This document shows, in pieces, positions 12,170 to 23,658 of a stretch of 64,000 nt of DNA. Both the position numbers and the translations under genes were made by a program. The stretch covers positions 60,946,001 through 61,010,000 of the forward strand of contig CM060731.1 of NCBI GenBank assembly GCA_030704615.1. The letters are read 5' to 3'. Source of the stretch: Takakia lepidozioides (Eukaryota > Plantae > Bryophyta). The notes beneath the pieces were generated by a model. It ran no database searches. It was not told the DNA's origin and saw only the letters and a program-made list of their open reading frames with translations. The stretch's first letter is position 1, and each line of letters begins with the position of its first letter.

Positions 12170-12818
12170 TGTCACAGACATAGCCCAGAGGAACTTATCA
12201 AGATTAAATACCAGAAGTTACCAAGTTACCATGTCTGGAAGTTACCATGACTTATCGTGATTTACCATGATCTACCATGATTTATCATTATTTACCAAGT
12301 TACCGGGAGTTTACCAAATTACCAAGAGTAACTTGGGAAACTGCTCAGGAAGCTTCATTTGGAGGAAACTTCTCCATCAAGATACCTCATTTGTTTAAGG
12401 AATCTTCTCCATCAAGAAACCTTTGTTTAATCTTGGAAACTTCTCTAGCAAACAACCTCCATAAGGGAAGCTTCTTAAGGAAGTTTCTTAGTAGCCAATA
12501 TATATAAGAGGCGAGACTGGACACTCTTCAGTCTCGCCAACACAAGTTCAAGCTACTCTTGTTTCCAGTCCTAGTACTCCAGTCCAGCTTCCAGTATTCC
12601 AGTCCAGTTTCCAGTATCTAGTATTCCAGTCTAGTTTCCAGCATTCCAGTATCCAAGTCAAGTTCCAGTATCTTGTACTCTTGTCCATTGTTATAAAGAT
12701 CGTCTTGATTCCTATTTACTCATCGTGCATACGGCCACGCCGACCTTGACTTCTTGTCTAGTCTTGTACCTCTAGTCTGATCTCTTGTTTGTGTTCAGTC
12801 ATGTTCTTGTCCTTGACA
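12170..12818 (+). repeat. 5' LTR of the chromovirus
   Basis: TGTCAC...TTGACA. ~12255-12818 is nearly identical to ~16755-17306. TATA box at ~12499-12507. Confidence 0.9.
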
Positions 12819-12910
12819 GTTTGGCGAGACTAAAGTTTGTTCCCTAGTTAGTTAAGATGGAAGGCATATTTGCGGAAATGGTTGCCACATTGTAGAGTCT
12901 TCAGCTCCAG

Positions 12911-13903
12911 ATGCAAGAACTTCGTGCATCTACTGCCCAACTACAAGCTGATCAGTCTCAAGATGTTGGCAACGCTCTCAACAATTTGCAACAACAAATT
13001 TCAGAGTTGAAGGAATCGAACAATGGATCTTCAACCTTACGAGTCCCCACTACAACAAATCTTACTACAACGGTTCCTCCAAATCTTCAACAGATTACAA
13101 GGGAACCAAAGGTCAGCATGCCCGAAAAAATTTATGGGACGAGATCAAGATTTCGCGGTTTGGTTCAACAAATACGATTGTTCCTACGACTACATCCACA
13201 ACGCTACCCTGATGAAGGTATTCAAGTGGGATTTGTGGGCACCATTCTATCCGGCACTGCCCTATCTTGGTTTGCACCGCTATTAGAGAAAAATTCGCAT
13301 TTACTATATAATTTTGAAGCGTTCATGTCCGAGTTCACTGCAACGTTTGGAGAGAATGATAGAGAGAGAGTTGCAGAGACAAAGATGCGAAATCTTCAAC
13401 AAGGAGCACGTTCAGCTTCCGTTTATGCTGCTGAATTTCAACAACTTGCGTGCGACCTCGACTGGAATGAGAATAGTCTCATTAATCAGTTTCGATGTGG
13501 CCTAAAAGAGGATGTTAAAGATTTGTTGCTGACAATGCCAAACGTGAGTACGTTGAGCGAATTCATCACCCAAGTTATTGCATGCGATAATCGTTTATTC
13601 GAAAGACGTCAAGAGAAGCGATCTAGATGGTCGACGAAGCACTATGTCACTGCTACTATGGCACCAAACACAACGATCTATCAGACATCCGGTAATGATC
13701 CTATGCAGATTGATGCTGTCCGATTCAAGCCATTGACGCCACAAGAAAAACAAAGACGACGCTCGAATGGATTATGTATTTATTACGGAGAAGAAGATCA
13801 CATAGCATTGAACTGTCCCAACAAGAGAAGATTCAAAGTTCGGGGCACAACTCAAGTGTTCGATACGAGGAGGTCGGAAAACGAAGATGTCCAGTCACAG
13901 TAA
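12911..13903 (+). CDS. Chromovirus Gag (open ORF, PEG10/Tf1-like capsid and degenerate CCHC)
   Basis: REPKVSMPEK.., LSGTALSW, LQQG..SASVYAAEF, DPMQID, CIYYGEEDHIALNCP. Confidence 0.85.
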   Translation: MQELRASTAQLQADQSQDVGNALNNLQQQISELKESNNGSSTLRVPTTTNLTTTVPPNLQQITREPKVSMPEKIYGTRSRFRGLVQQIRLFLRLHPQRYPDEGIQVGFVGTILSGTALSWFAPLLEKNSHLLYNFEAFMSEFTATFGENDRERVAETKMRNLQQGARSASVYAAEFQQLACDLDWNENSLINQFRCGLKEDVKDLLLTMPNVSTLSEFITQVIACDNRLFERRQEKRSRWSTKHYVTATMAPNTTIYQTSGNDPMQIDAVRFKPLTPQEKQRRRSNGLCIYYGEEDHIALNCPNKRRFKVRGTTQVFDTRRSENEDVQSQ

Positions 13904-16527
13904 GGACCATGCGGCTGGACACCCCAAATTCCTCACTAAAAAAAGGTCTTTTTCTACCTCCAGACCCTGTACCTTGTTTCACAGTTTCAGTAAAGATCAG
14001 GATGCAAAATCGAGATATCTCCGTAGAAGCACTTTTGGACTCGGGCGCTTCAGCGTGTTTTATTGACAAAGACTTTGTGTAGTAACACAATTTAATGCTC
14101 GTACGAAAGAAATTCTCGGCCCCTGTTGAAGTCATCGATGGACGACCGTTAGCATCAGGAAATATTGACCATGAAACTCAACCCCTTGAAGTGAAGCTTA
14201 AAAATCAAGCATCACAGATTGTTTTCAATGTCATCCAGTCTCCAACGAATCCTGTGATCCTTGGATTTCCCTGGTTTGTACTTCATAATCTTGACATCGA
14301 CTGGCGATCACGAAAAATTTCGGCAAGACAAAAATGCAAAAGAACCAAAGGTATTCAACCCCTGTTTCTTGGAGCTAGAGCCTTCATGAGAGCTACAAAG
14401 AAAGACGCGACATTTGCACTTTATGCGACTCCGATCAAAACCACAACAGACCAAGGTACTTCGACATTACCCACTCAATATCAAGATTTCAAGGATGTGT
14501 TCGAGAAGAAAAATACAGATATGTTGTCAGAACATCGACCTTATGATTGTGCAATTGAGTTGCAAGAAGGAATTCAACCACCATTCAGCCCGATCTACAA
14601 TTTATCTCAGATGGAGCTGGCTATTTTACGTGAATACACCGATGAAAATTTGTCAATACGGTACAGATGACCGACTTCATCCTGTTGGTTTTCGTTCTCG
14701 CAAATTTTCAGCTGCGGAGATCAATTATGAAATCCTTGACAAAGAACTTCTAGCGATTATCGATGCTTTTGAGGAGTGACGTCATCTATTGGAGGGAGCT
14801 AAACATCATGTCATAGTCTATACCGATCACAAAAACCTCGAGTATTTTATGAGTGTTCGTGTTTTGAATCGACGTCAAGCGAGATGGAGTATGTCACTGA
14901 CAAGGTTTGATTTTGTTATTACCTACCGTCCCAGACATCTTCAAGGAAAACCAGATGCTCTTTCTCGACGATCATACCTTGCGCCAAAAGAAGGGGATGC
15001 AGCTTTTGACCAACAGAAATCTATCATCTTGAAACCAGCAAATCTCCAAGTGAATATGTTATCCATGTCCACCTATGACGATGTAGAGATCATAAAGGAG
15101 ATTCAGAAAGCACTGAAGAGCGACCAATTTGCCACGACACTACGAAGTCAACTAAATCGACCTCAAGACAACCCACATGTTACAAACGACTTCGAATTCA
15201 AAGATGACTTACTTTATTTCAGGGACTTCTCTATGTACCTCCAGGACCTACACAACTTCGAATTCTTCAAACATGTCATGATCTTCCGGCTGTAGGACAT
15301 TTCGGCTTCAACAAAACAATGGAATTGATATCCAGGGACTATTGGTGGCCGCAGATGTGGAAACTCGTGAAAGAATTTATAAAATCTTGCGACACGTGTG
15401 GTAGAGCGAAGGGACCACGACATCGACCTTACGGCCTTCTTCAACCATTACCCATTTCCAAGGGTCCATGGTTGTCCGTGTCTATGGACTTTATTACAGA
15501 CCTTCCAATTTCCAAGACCACCGATTCAATCCTTGTTATTGTAGATCGTTTTACAAATATGACACATTTCATTCCATGTAATAAGACTGTTACCGGCGAG
15601 GAAACCTCAATAATATCTACCGCATTCATGGACTCCCAAAGGACATCGTATCTGATCGAGGACCATAGTTCATATCGAATTTCTGGAGAGGATTATTTCA
15701 CATATTGGAAGATCAACCTCTCTACAACTAATCATCCACAGACTGATGGTCAAACCGAACGTGTAAATCAGATTTTGGAGCAGTATCTTCGCTGTACGAT
15801 AAATTATCACCAAGATAATTGGACGGACCTTCTGTCATTAGCTGAGTTTGCCTACAACAACACTATACATTCTTCGACCAAGAAAAGTCCATTTTTTTTC
15901 TAATTATGGTCATCATCCTCGAGCAAACCTTTTCCACATGAAGACTGTTGGAAGCCCTGCTGTAGAAAACCTAGCTACTCATCTCACTACGATTCACAAG
16001 GAGCTTACATTCCACCTCGCAGAAACTTAAAAACAATACAAGGAGTACGCAGATCAACGTCGCCAACTCCAACCCCAGTTCAAGGTCGGAGATCGTGTGT
16101 GGTGTCTTCGACAGGACATACAAACATTGCGACCATCAAGGAAGGTTGGATTATCAACGCCTGGGACCATTCAAAATTATTCGACAAATAAATCCGGTCA
16201 GTTTTCGGCTTGAACTCACACGAAGTATGCACATCCATCCAGTCTTTCATGTTCATTATTGGAGTTGTATCATCTATCGAATATTCCAAGAAGAGTCTCC
16301 GTACCACCTCCACCAATCGAAGTCAATCAGGAAATTGAGTATGAAGTCGACGAAGTCCTAGATTCTCGCATCAAGTATAAACGTCTTGAGTATTTCGTAC
16401 ATTGGAAAGGCTACGACATCAGCGAACAAACGTGGGAACCTTCATCCAACCTCGCCAATGCATCTGACTAAGTCCAAGAGTTTCATCAACGATATCCAGC
16501 TAAGCCCCGAGCTACACGTCAATAAGA

Positions 16528-17306
16528 TGTCACAACGATGATGTTAGCCAAGTTAGCTTCAAGGTGAAGACTCCACATTCAATGTACCTGATACACGCTG
16601 AGGAGGGAGGAGCACAACATATCAGTATATATAGCTACACTTCCAGCACTCTTGCATCTTGTATTGTCAGTATGGAGTCACAAGAACCAGATACATTGGA
16701 GTTGTCGCTTACCTAGCTACCAGATCAGCCTTTCCGACTCTCACGACCTTCACCATCACGATTTACCATGATCTATCATGATTTATTATTACTTACCAAG
16801 TTACCGGGAGTTTACCAAATTACCAAGAGTAACTTGGGAAATTGCTCAGGAAACTTCTTTTGCAGGAAACTTTTTTATCAAGATACCTCATTTGTTTAAG
16901 GAAACTTCTCCATCAAGAAACCTTTGTTTAATCTTGGAAACTTCTCCAACAAACAACCTCCATAAGGGAAGCTTATTCGTAGCCAATATATATAGGAGGC
17001 GAGACTGGACACTCTTCAGTCTCGCCAACACAAGTTCAAGCTACTCTTGTTTCCAGTCCTAGTACTCCAGTCCAACTTCCAGTATTCCAGTCCAGTTTCC
17101 AGTATCTAGTATTCCAGTCTAGTTTCCAGCATTCCAGTATCCAAGTCAAGTTCCAGTATCTTGTACTCTTGTCCATTGTTATAAAGATCGTCTTGATTCC
17201 TATTTACTCATCGTGCATACGGCCACGCCGACCTTGACTTCTTGTCTAGTCTTGTACCTCTAGTCTGATCTCTTGTTTGTGTTCAGTCATGTTCTTGTCC
17301 TTGACA
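16528..17306 (+). repeat. 3' LTR of the chromovirus (first ~225 bp differ from the 5' LTR)
   Basis: TGTCACA at 16528. Homology to the 5' LTR begins only at ~16755. Ends TTGACA at 17306. Confidence 0.75.
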
Positions 17307-17635
17307 ACATCCATTTATCTTTGTATTTTCCACATAGACACTCCTTGGGCAACCAGCAATCGCCACATGTAGTCGTGAATACCGGCATTCATACATTCCC
17401 ACGCCCATGTCATTCTGTTGCAGTTTTGGCCATGATTCCTAGTCGTATCTACCATCTTCTCATATCTGGTCAAACGTGTTTGACCGCACATCCTGACGTG
17501 GCGGAGGTACAAGGTGGCATATACGACTTCTGGTGGTCACAATTGGCAACCCGGATTGCCCCCTTGCATTTTGTAGACATATATGCTATGACTGGGCAAA
17601 TGTGGCAGACGTTAAAGCCGGGATCTGTTGTAGTG

Positions 17636-19565
17636 TCCCTTGTGAAAGTCATGAGGAATCATGGTGTCTCAGATCCAAATTTTCATGGGTTTATGGCCGA
17701 TAGCGCGTAGACAAATTGGAATGCAGTCCGGTTTGTTTTTGGAAGTGGTGATCCGAAAATACCCATGGTGGGCAGGGAGCGTACTTGCCTGTTCCATTGG
17801 ACTCAGTCCCTCCGAAGGCACACTAATAATTGCATAAGACCAGAGTTGCAGGAGGAACACATGAGACTCTGCCGGCTGTATAAAGATGCGACAAGCGAGA
17901 TCGAAGCAAACTCCTTATACCAAACTATAAGGGCATGGTGGTACTCCTCCGATGCAGCAAGTCAGGATGGCCTCAAAGAACTTGACGACTGGATGGGATT
18001 CTGGCACTTCAGATACAAATGGTGGAGAGGATTCATGACAAGAGTAAGGTCCCTTCTAAATTTCCGATGCTTGCATGAGTTCAATTTGAGGTGTTACCCC
18101 TGTTGACGTGTCATTTCTTCAATGCTATTAACCTTTGAAGTACAATAATAAATGGAAAGAATATATTGTGTAAAATATGTCTTTGGAGGACATAGCGGAT
18201 ATGCCTTCTTGTAATTTATCCGAGACCGTGCATAGTGTGTGGAATGCGCAATCCGGCAAGAACGGACGGGACCTGTATGTTGCCACTTCGGATGACATGG
18301 TCCGAGCGCTTTCGCAACAAACACGGTACCGGGATTTCCTTCGTGGACGGGGTTCTGGTAAGGGGCCAAACATGGCGGAGTTGCAATTGAGGGCTGCAAA
18401 CAAATGCAAGAATCCCGTTAGAATGGCAAAGGTTGTAAACGAATGCACAATGGGAACACCTTTGCAATCCAAACATCCTCATCTGGAAGATGAGGAGAGA
18501 TTCGGTTCATGCAAGCGCAAACTGGACACCCCTCCGGGATCGGACGGGGATCCACATCGACATGATAGGGATAACTTTTCGGTGCCACGTGTGCCCGTGC
18601 CACCCACGTTCGTGCACGCAACATCCTTTGTGGGTGAATCTTCCTCGACAGAGTTCACGGAGTCGACAACTACAACTACACGGGAAGAAGGGGTGAACCT
18701 GCTACCCATCCAGGAGTCTGATTGTGCAGACGCGCTGTGGCACATAGAGCGAACTCCGCAAGGCTCAAAGGTGAAATGTTCCGCTATTAGGGCAACGTCC
18801 TTTGTGAAGTGCACATCTATGATTTGTAGAGCCCCAGCAGGGACTCCAGCCCCAACTTTCGCAAGGTTGTTCAAGCATTATAGTGCGCCGGAGGCCAGAC
18901 CTCACAAGTTTTGGTTTTGTCCTGATGACATGAAACGTTGCGTGATGGGAACTGTCCGTGATTCGGTGATAAGCAAACCTCAAATCCCAAATGTTTGGCC
19001 AGTTAAGATGGGAACTACACTATCTACACAGGAAATTGACATGATGGAAGATGCAGGTTTTCGGCTCCCAAGAGGACCAACTGTCATGACGGTTAATACT
19101 TCGCATGATTTCCCTTCCCCATTTCCTGCGCGCCCTCCACTTGGCAACGACTGGCCTACGAAAAGAAACGGAAAGGTGGTCCGGCGGGTTGAGGCAGGTG
19201 CAGAGCACGAGTGCAAGATTGAATCAGCGAAAACCCTTCAGTGTCGGATCACCCACGTTGTCGATGTTCCCCCACCAGGCTACGGACGGGTATATAGTAT
19301 GGTGACGATGAGATCTATTCTTCACAATAGGGTGTACGAGGTAACAGTTTCCAATTTCCCAGATTGCACTTGCCCAGACTTCAAAAACACAATCTCCAGT
19401 TCTCTAGGAAAGAGAGATAAATTTGTGCCATGCAAACATTTGTACTACATGTACATTCAGAGGATGTTTTGTGATCCAAAAAGAGGCACATACATTCACC
19501 AATGTACGATAGGGCCTGCTGATGTTATGACACTACTTGAGCGATATAGTACTGCACGAGTTTGA
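17636..19565 (+). mobile_element. MULE transposase C-terminal part with SWIM zinc finger
   Basis: FMADSA*TNWNAVR, CLFHWTQSL, a probable intron from ~18043 (GTAAGG), MPSCNLSETVH (catalytic E region) and SWIM CTCPDF..CKHLY. Confidence 0.85.
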
Positions 19566-20169
19566 GATGTTCTCGAGCATGACCTTGCAAAGCCTGGGCT
19601 GGTTTTTCTGTAACGTCCGGTGACAGATGACAAAGTCGCGCCTTTGTATGGAAAAAGCTCCAAACTGTTTGATGGCAGCACTTTCTTGACTCAGAAGTCA
19701 TGTCCTACCCCACGTCATGATCAAATGAATGGCAATGCTTTGTACACTTTCTACACTTTGTACACTTTCCAATTTCGACCGTGAGTTCTAAATATACCCC
19801 AGTCTTACATGGACCTTCACTACTGGCATTGTTTATATGACATGTATACTGTTTCGAACACAAGGTACGTGAACGTCGAAAATCGTTCGAGTTCTTTCAA
19901 CCAAGATGTCATTGGTCTCATCCATTGTATATTCATCCATATTTTGACGTCCCTCATTCATCCTACATCCATCCCATATCCATCCAACATTCATCCAACA
20001 TTCATCCTACATTCATCCATTCCACAAACCCATTCATCCGTACGGATTTCGTCTCGCACTGATCTCAAATTTCCATTCATGTCTTGCGTATGTTGCCCCC
20101 CTTAACCATAAACGTCGTCCCCACAACAATAGGTTCTGCTTTTTCCACGGCTATAGGCTCCGCTTTCAT

Positions 20170-20302
20170 TCTATGCTCACGCTTAAGAAATGTGCTCACA
20201 CTTATGAAATCTGCTCACGCTTAACGAAGTTTGCTCACGCTTAACGAAGTTTGCTCACGCTTAGTCCGCTAAGCGTGAGCGCGCTCACGCGCTAGCTTCC
20301 CT
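20170..20302. repeat. Probable right terminus of the MULE: tandem and inverted GCTCACGCTTA repeats abutting the truncated F-box gene
   Basis: Five direct GCTCAC(G/A)CTTA copies and a perfect hairpin GCTCACGCTTAG-TCCG-CTAAGCGTGAGC. F-box homology starts at CCTGATACC (~20303). Confidence 0.6.
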
Positions 20303-21193
20303 CCCTGATACCACTCCACATATACTACACCCTGCGGTGGCCCGAGAAAATCTTAGCAAGAGTAAGCGTCCCTCACAGTGAATAAGTGTAAACTTGTCGC
20401 GACAGCTGACTACTTCGGGAAGGACAGGCTTGTTCCATAAATCTTTTTCAATGGTGTACGCAAGCAGCCGGTATGGCCTCGTTCCCGACTTGGTAGGAAA
20501 TACAAAGTGCAAAACTCCTTCATACTCAACACCAATTACATCTACATACTGGCTTGAAGAATAACATGGTGTGTAAGGCAAGGACACTTGTTTCCACGAA
20601 CCCGATGCTGCATCGTAGATCTTTGTGATCTGGTTTCTCTCGTCTTCACAAGCATACTCACGATTGCCCGCAATAAGAATCTTGTACGTCTTTGTTCTCT
20701 CATCTATGAACATCTTCACTATTGCTGGGTCCCCCCGCCAATGATTCAACATATGAGGCAATATTTTGGAGCCACCGGTCAGAGGGTTCCATACCTCAAT
20801 GTCTATCCCATGGACATTATGAGTGGGAGTCAGTGCACATATGAGGCCTCCTGCTACAAACTCCATTGTAAACATTCGTGGTAGGCTATAGTCTTTAGGG
20901 CTTTGGCTTCTGTTTGCCTACCACTGGTCGGCAACAAAATCGTACGTGCATAATTGTGCATTAACTCCTCCTTCAATACATGAATCATACACCAGAATAC
21001 CTATAGATGATTGTAGAAGAGGAGATGCAACTTCTTCGATCTGTGCAGAGTTCTTGCGGAATGAAGGAGAGTCAATCCAAGAACACCAGTGTTTGCAAAC
21101 AATGTGAAATCGAAGCAAACTGAAAACTGGCAAGAAAGTAATAACAACATCCACCAGTGTTTCCGGCAATCTTCCCCACACAGAGGCGTCCAT
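20303..21193 (-). pseudogene. F-box (kelch-like) pseudogene, tandem paralogue of 25036-26235
   Basis: MDASVWGRLPETLVDVVITFLP..VCKHW. TAG at 20918-20920 where the paralogue has CAG (Gln). Internal deletion of VFEL..NYP. 3' end replaced by the transposon terminus. Confidence 0.88.
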
Positions 21194-21499
21194 GACCGCT
21201 GTGCGTAGCTGCACAAATTTCTCCCTTCCACTGCCAACGTGAAGAGCAAAGACGTAAAAGAGCAAAGCTCGGCAACAATTGAACAAGACGACTCACTTCT
21301 GAGCCCCTTATGTATAAGCAGGGTATGCTGCTAAACTTGCCGGCAAGGTTTTCTCAGGTATTTTATGATATTTAATTTTTAAACCTACTTTGACCTCCCT
21401 GGAGGTAATTTTTGATAGTTGTATACTTGTACCTCCAAACGTATTGTTTACGGACAAACGTTGATATCAAGTAGTGGCAGCTACAAACAATGTAGCCCT

Positions 21500-21850
21500 A
21501 TGATCATGTTGAAGTCACTCGAGAAAATGTGGTCAATGGAGCTTACACCGTGTCAAGAGTATGATTGGTCTAAAAAAAAGCTCTGAAGTATAAACCAGTG
21601 TTGTGCGGTTATTTGATTTTTTTAGTATCAGCCGGTTACAGATGTTTAACTTTAACTTTGTGTTCACATCCTCCGATTCTTGGGTTTTGGATCTTTTCCG
21701 CTCTGATATCCTGTCGGTAATACAAAATTTAACCCTATACGGTTATGGACAAATGGAGTTTATGTCAGGTGATAGGGCCCACCCCCGAAAGGGGGCAGTA
21801 GCCGTGAGGCGAAGTGACTCTTAGTTATGCCGGCTTTGGCTGGAGTCCTC
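21500..21850 (-). mobile_element. Ty1/Copia-type remnant: short LTR (~21713-21850) with degenerate tRNA-Met PBS
   Basis: Plus-strand GCTCTGATATCC directly precedes TGT, i.e. a degenerate minus-strand TGGTATCAGAGC PBS next to an LTR end. The LTR segment recurs inverted at 23030-23080 and 23238-23310. Confidence 0.55.
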
Positions 21851-22373
21851 TCTCTCTCTCTCTCTCTCTCTCTATGTCAGGATGGGTTCAGTATCTAGTT
21901 ATCAAACAAATTTTATTTTAATAACATAAAATAACCCAAACTAAAAATCTAATGTATTAAAAATACTAATGAAAAAGTACCTGCCCCTCTGAAACGTGCC
22001 TTGTGAACGTGATGAGTAGACATGAAATGAAGACAAGCCAGCTCATGACTAGGGCCCGCCTCCTTTATGTCGAGTGAACAAATAACTGGTTTTTATCCGG
22101 ATTATAAGTTATAACCTCCGGATTTCAATGCCGGATATATGGGTTCATAACCTGCTTCTTTTGGCCACTACGGTTCAAATCAAATTAAAAAAAATACAAA
22201 ATCACCGGTTCTCAACTAGGCCGGTTATCCCATTTTTTCAGATACGGCGGTTCTTATCGGAGGCTGGTATTTCCTTCGGGAGATCCACATATATATCTGG
22301 GTTGGGACCCACCGGGGGTTTGAGACTGAATCAAATATCCGTGCAACATTGGTATAAACCACGTGGCAGCTTA

Positions 22374-22789
22374 TCAAAATTGTTGCTTCAATGGACAGAG
22401 CCTCTTGCGGTTTGCGGTTTGTTTGTTTGTTTGTTTATTTGTTTTGTAGCGTTGAGATGTCCCAAACCGAGGGGCCTCTCAATGAGGAGGGGTGCACCGG
22501 CTTGGTTTCATGATTTTCGGAACTGCCGAGTGGGAGATATGGAATTTCAAGTACTTTTGGTTGTCGAAAATTCGTGAAAAATAGCAAAGTGGGCTTTCCT
22601 AGGACAATGATTGGATGTATCAATATATGAAGCCTCAAGGGGGGAGGTTGCAAAAATAGCAAAGTGGGCTTTCCTAGAACAATGATTGGATATATCAGTA
22701 AATAAAGCGTCGAGATGAGGATACATAGGAGAGTGCACTTGGACTTAGATGACACTCGGCACTTGGGCCAACAGCACATGCTACCCTAG
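22374..22789 (+). mobile_element. Non-autonomous Helitron-like element
   Basis: A|TC...CTAG|T boundaries, an internal (GTTT)n tract and an internal duplication (AAAAATAGCAAAGTGGGCTTTCCTAG twice). The 3' hairpin is weak. Confidence 0.5.
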
Positions 22790-23029
22790 TCTACATAATT
22801 TTCAATTAAATGTAATATTTTTAATTACAGTTAGGTTTTTAATGAAATTTCTTAGATGCTCATTGATCTAAACATCAACAATATTGTGATGGGTAGCATC
22901 AATATGCATCAATGTACATGGAACATATTATTCTAAAAACTTGCCTTCACCGGCCCGTTGGCTAATAATAAGTAATTGAGATGGATACATATTGTTAGTT
23001 GTCAATTACTAAAAGAAAGAGAAAACTAC

Positions 23030-23310
23030 GGCCAAAGCCTACATAACTAAGAGCCATTCCACCGTGGATGTGGGCCCTATATAAAGAAAGAAAGAGGCTT
23101 GGATATGCTTGTGGTGGTGATTGTTGTATTAGGCTTATTTTCGAGTTTGTGTTTATTTATGATCATGGTGGTGAGACAGCGACATATGGTTGGGAGATGG
23201 ATATTTTTGAAGAATTTTTGGATGAGAGAGATGACTGGGCCGAAGCCTACGTAACTAAGAGCCACTTCGCCTTGCGGCTACTGACCGTTTCCAAGGGTGG
23301 GCCCTATTAT
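23030..23310 (+). repeat. Two partial copies of the short Copia-LTR-like repeat
   Basis: GGCC(A/G)AAGCCTAC(A/G)TAACTAAGAGCCA...GTGGGCCCTAT at 23030-23080 and 23238-23310, the reverse complement of 21772-21840. Confidence 0.7.
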
Positions 23311-23658
23311 TAGGGCCCACCCTAATAATAGATGGAGAAGACTACGCTCACCCGACAAATTGAATGCAGGCGTGGGAGCCGTGCTGGTACGTTCGTCTGG
23401 GATGGCCGTATCGGCAACGTTCCAGGGGCGCACTGTCAAATCCCCACCCCCCTTGCTCCCCTCTCACAGGTGAGCCTGCATTCTAGATTAAAGGATTAAA
23501 GAATCTAACTTTAGACAACGAGCTTTTGGTAGCGTAGTGCCTGAGTGGTGCGCAGTGCAGCAACGACGTCCTAGGTTCAAATCGTTGTAACAAAAGCACT
23601 TTGAGTGATTGGTTGCTCTTGTGACAATTATTGTACTTTTTCATCTACAAAATCCAGA

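Larger units (their letters stand above)
12170..17306 (+). mobile_element. Ty3/Gypsy chromovirus (Tcn1/Tf1-sushi-like) LTR retrotransposon, RT deleted, degenerate
   Basis: TG..CA ends with near-TSD GCATC/ACATC. gag 12911-13903; protease ALLDSGASACF; RNase [20 protein letters not shown]; integrase GHFG..YWW..CDTC, SMDFITDLP, HPQTDGQTERVNQ, GPF; chromodomain [24 protein letters not shown]. Confidence 0.93.
7144..17635. mobile_element. Non-autonomous CACTA (En/Spm) element with gene cargo and a nested Gypsy insertion
   Basis: Left end CACTACAACAAAATCCGGCTTT; right end AAAGCCGGGATCTGTTGTAGTG. 3-bp TSD TCC at 7141-7143 and 17636-17638. Subterminal ATGACT/AGTCAT repeats. Removing the element restores the MULE reading frame. 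Confidence 0.93.

Noticed and set aside
20253-20296. Helitron 3' end (hairpin plus CTAG)
   Set aside because: CTAG is not followed by T and the element sequence continues to ~20302. It fits a MULE terminus better.
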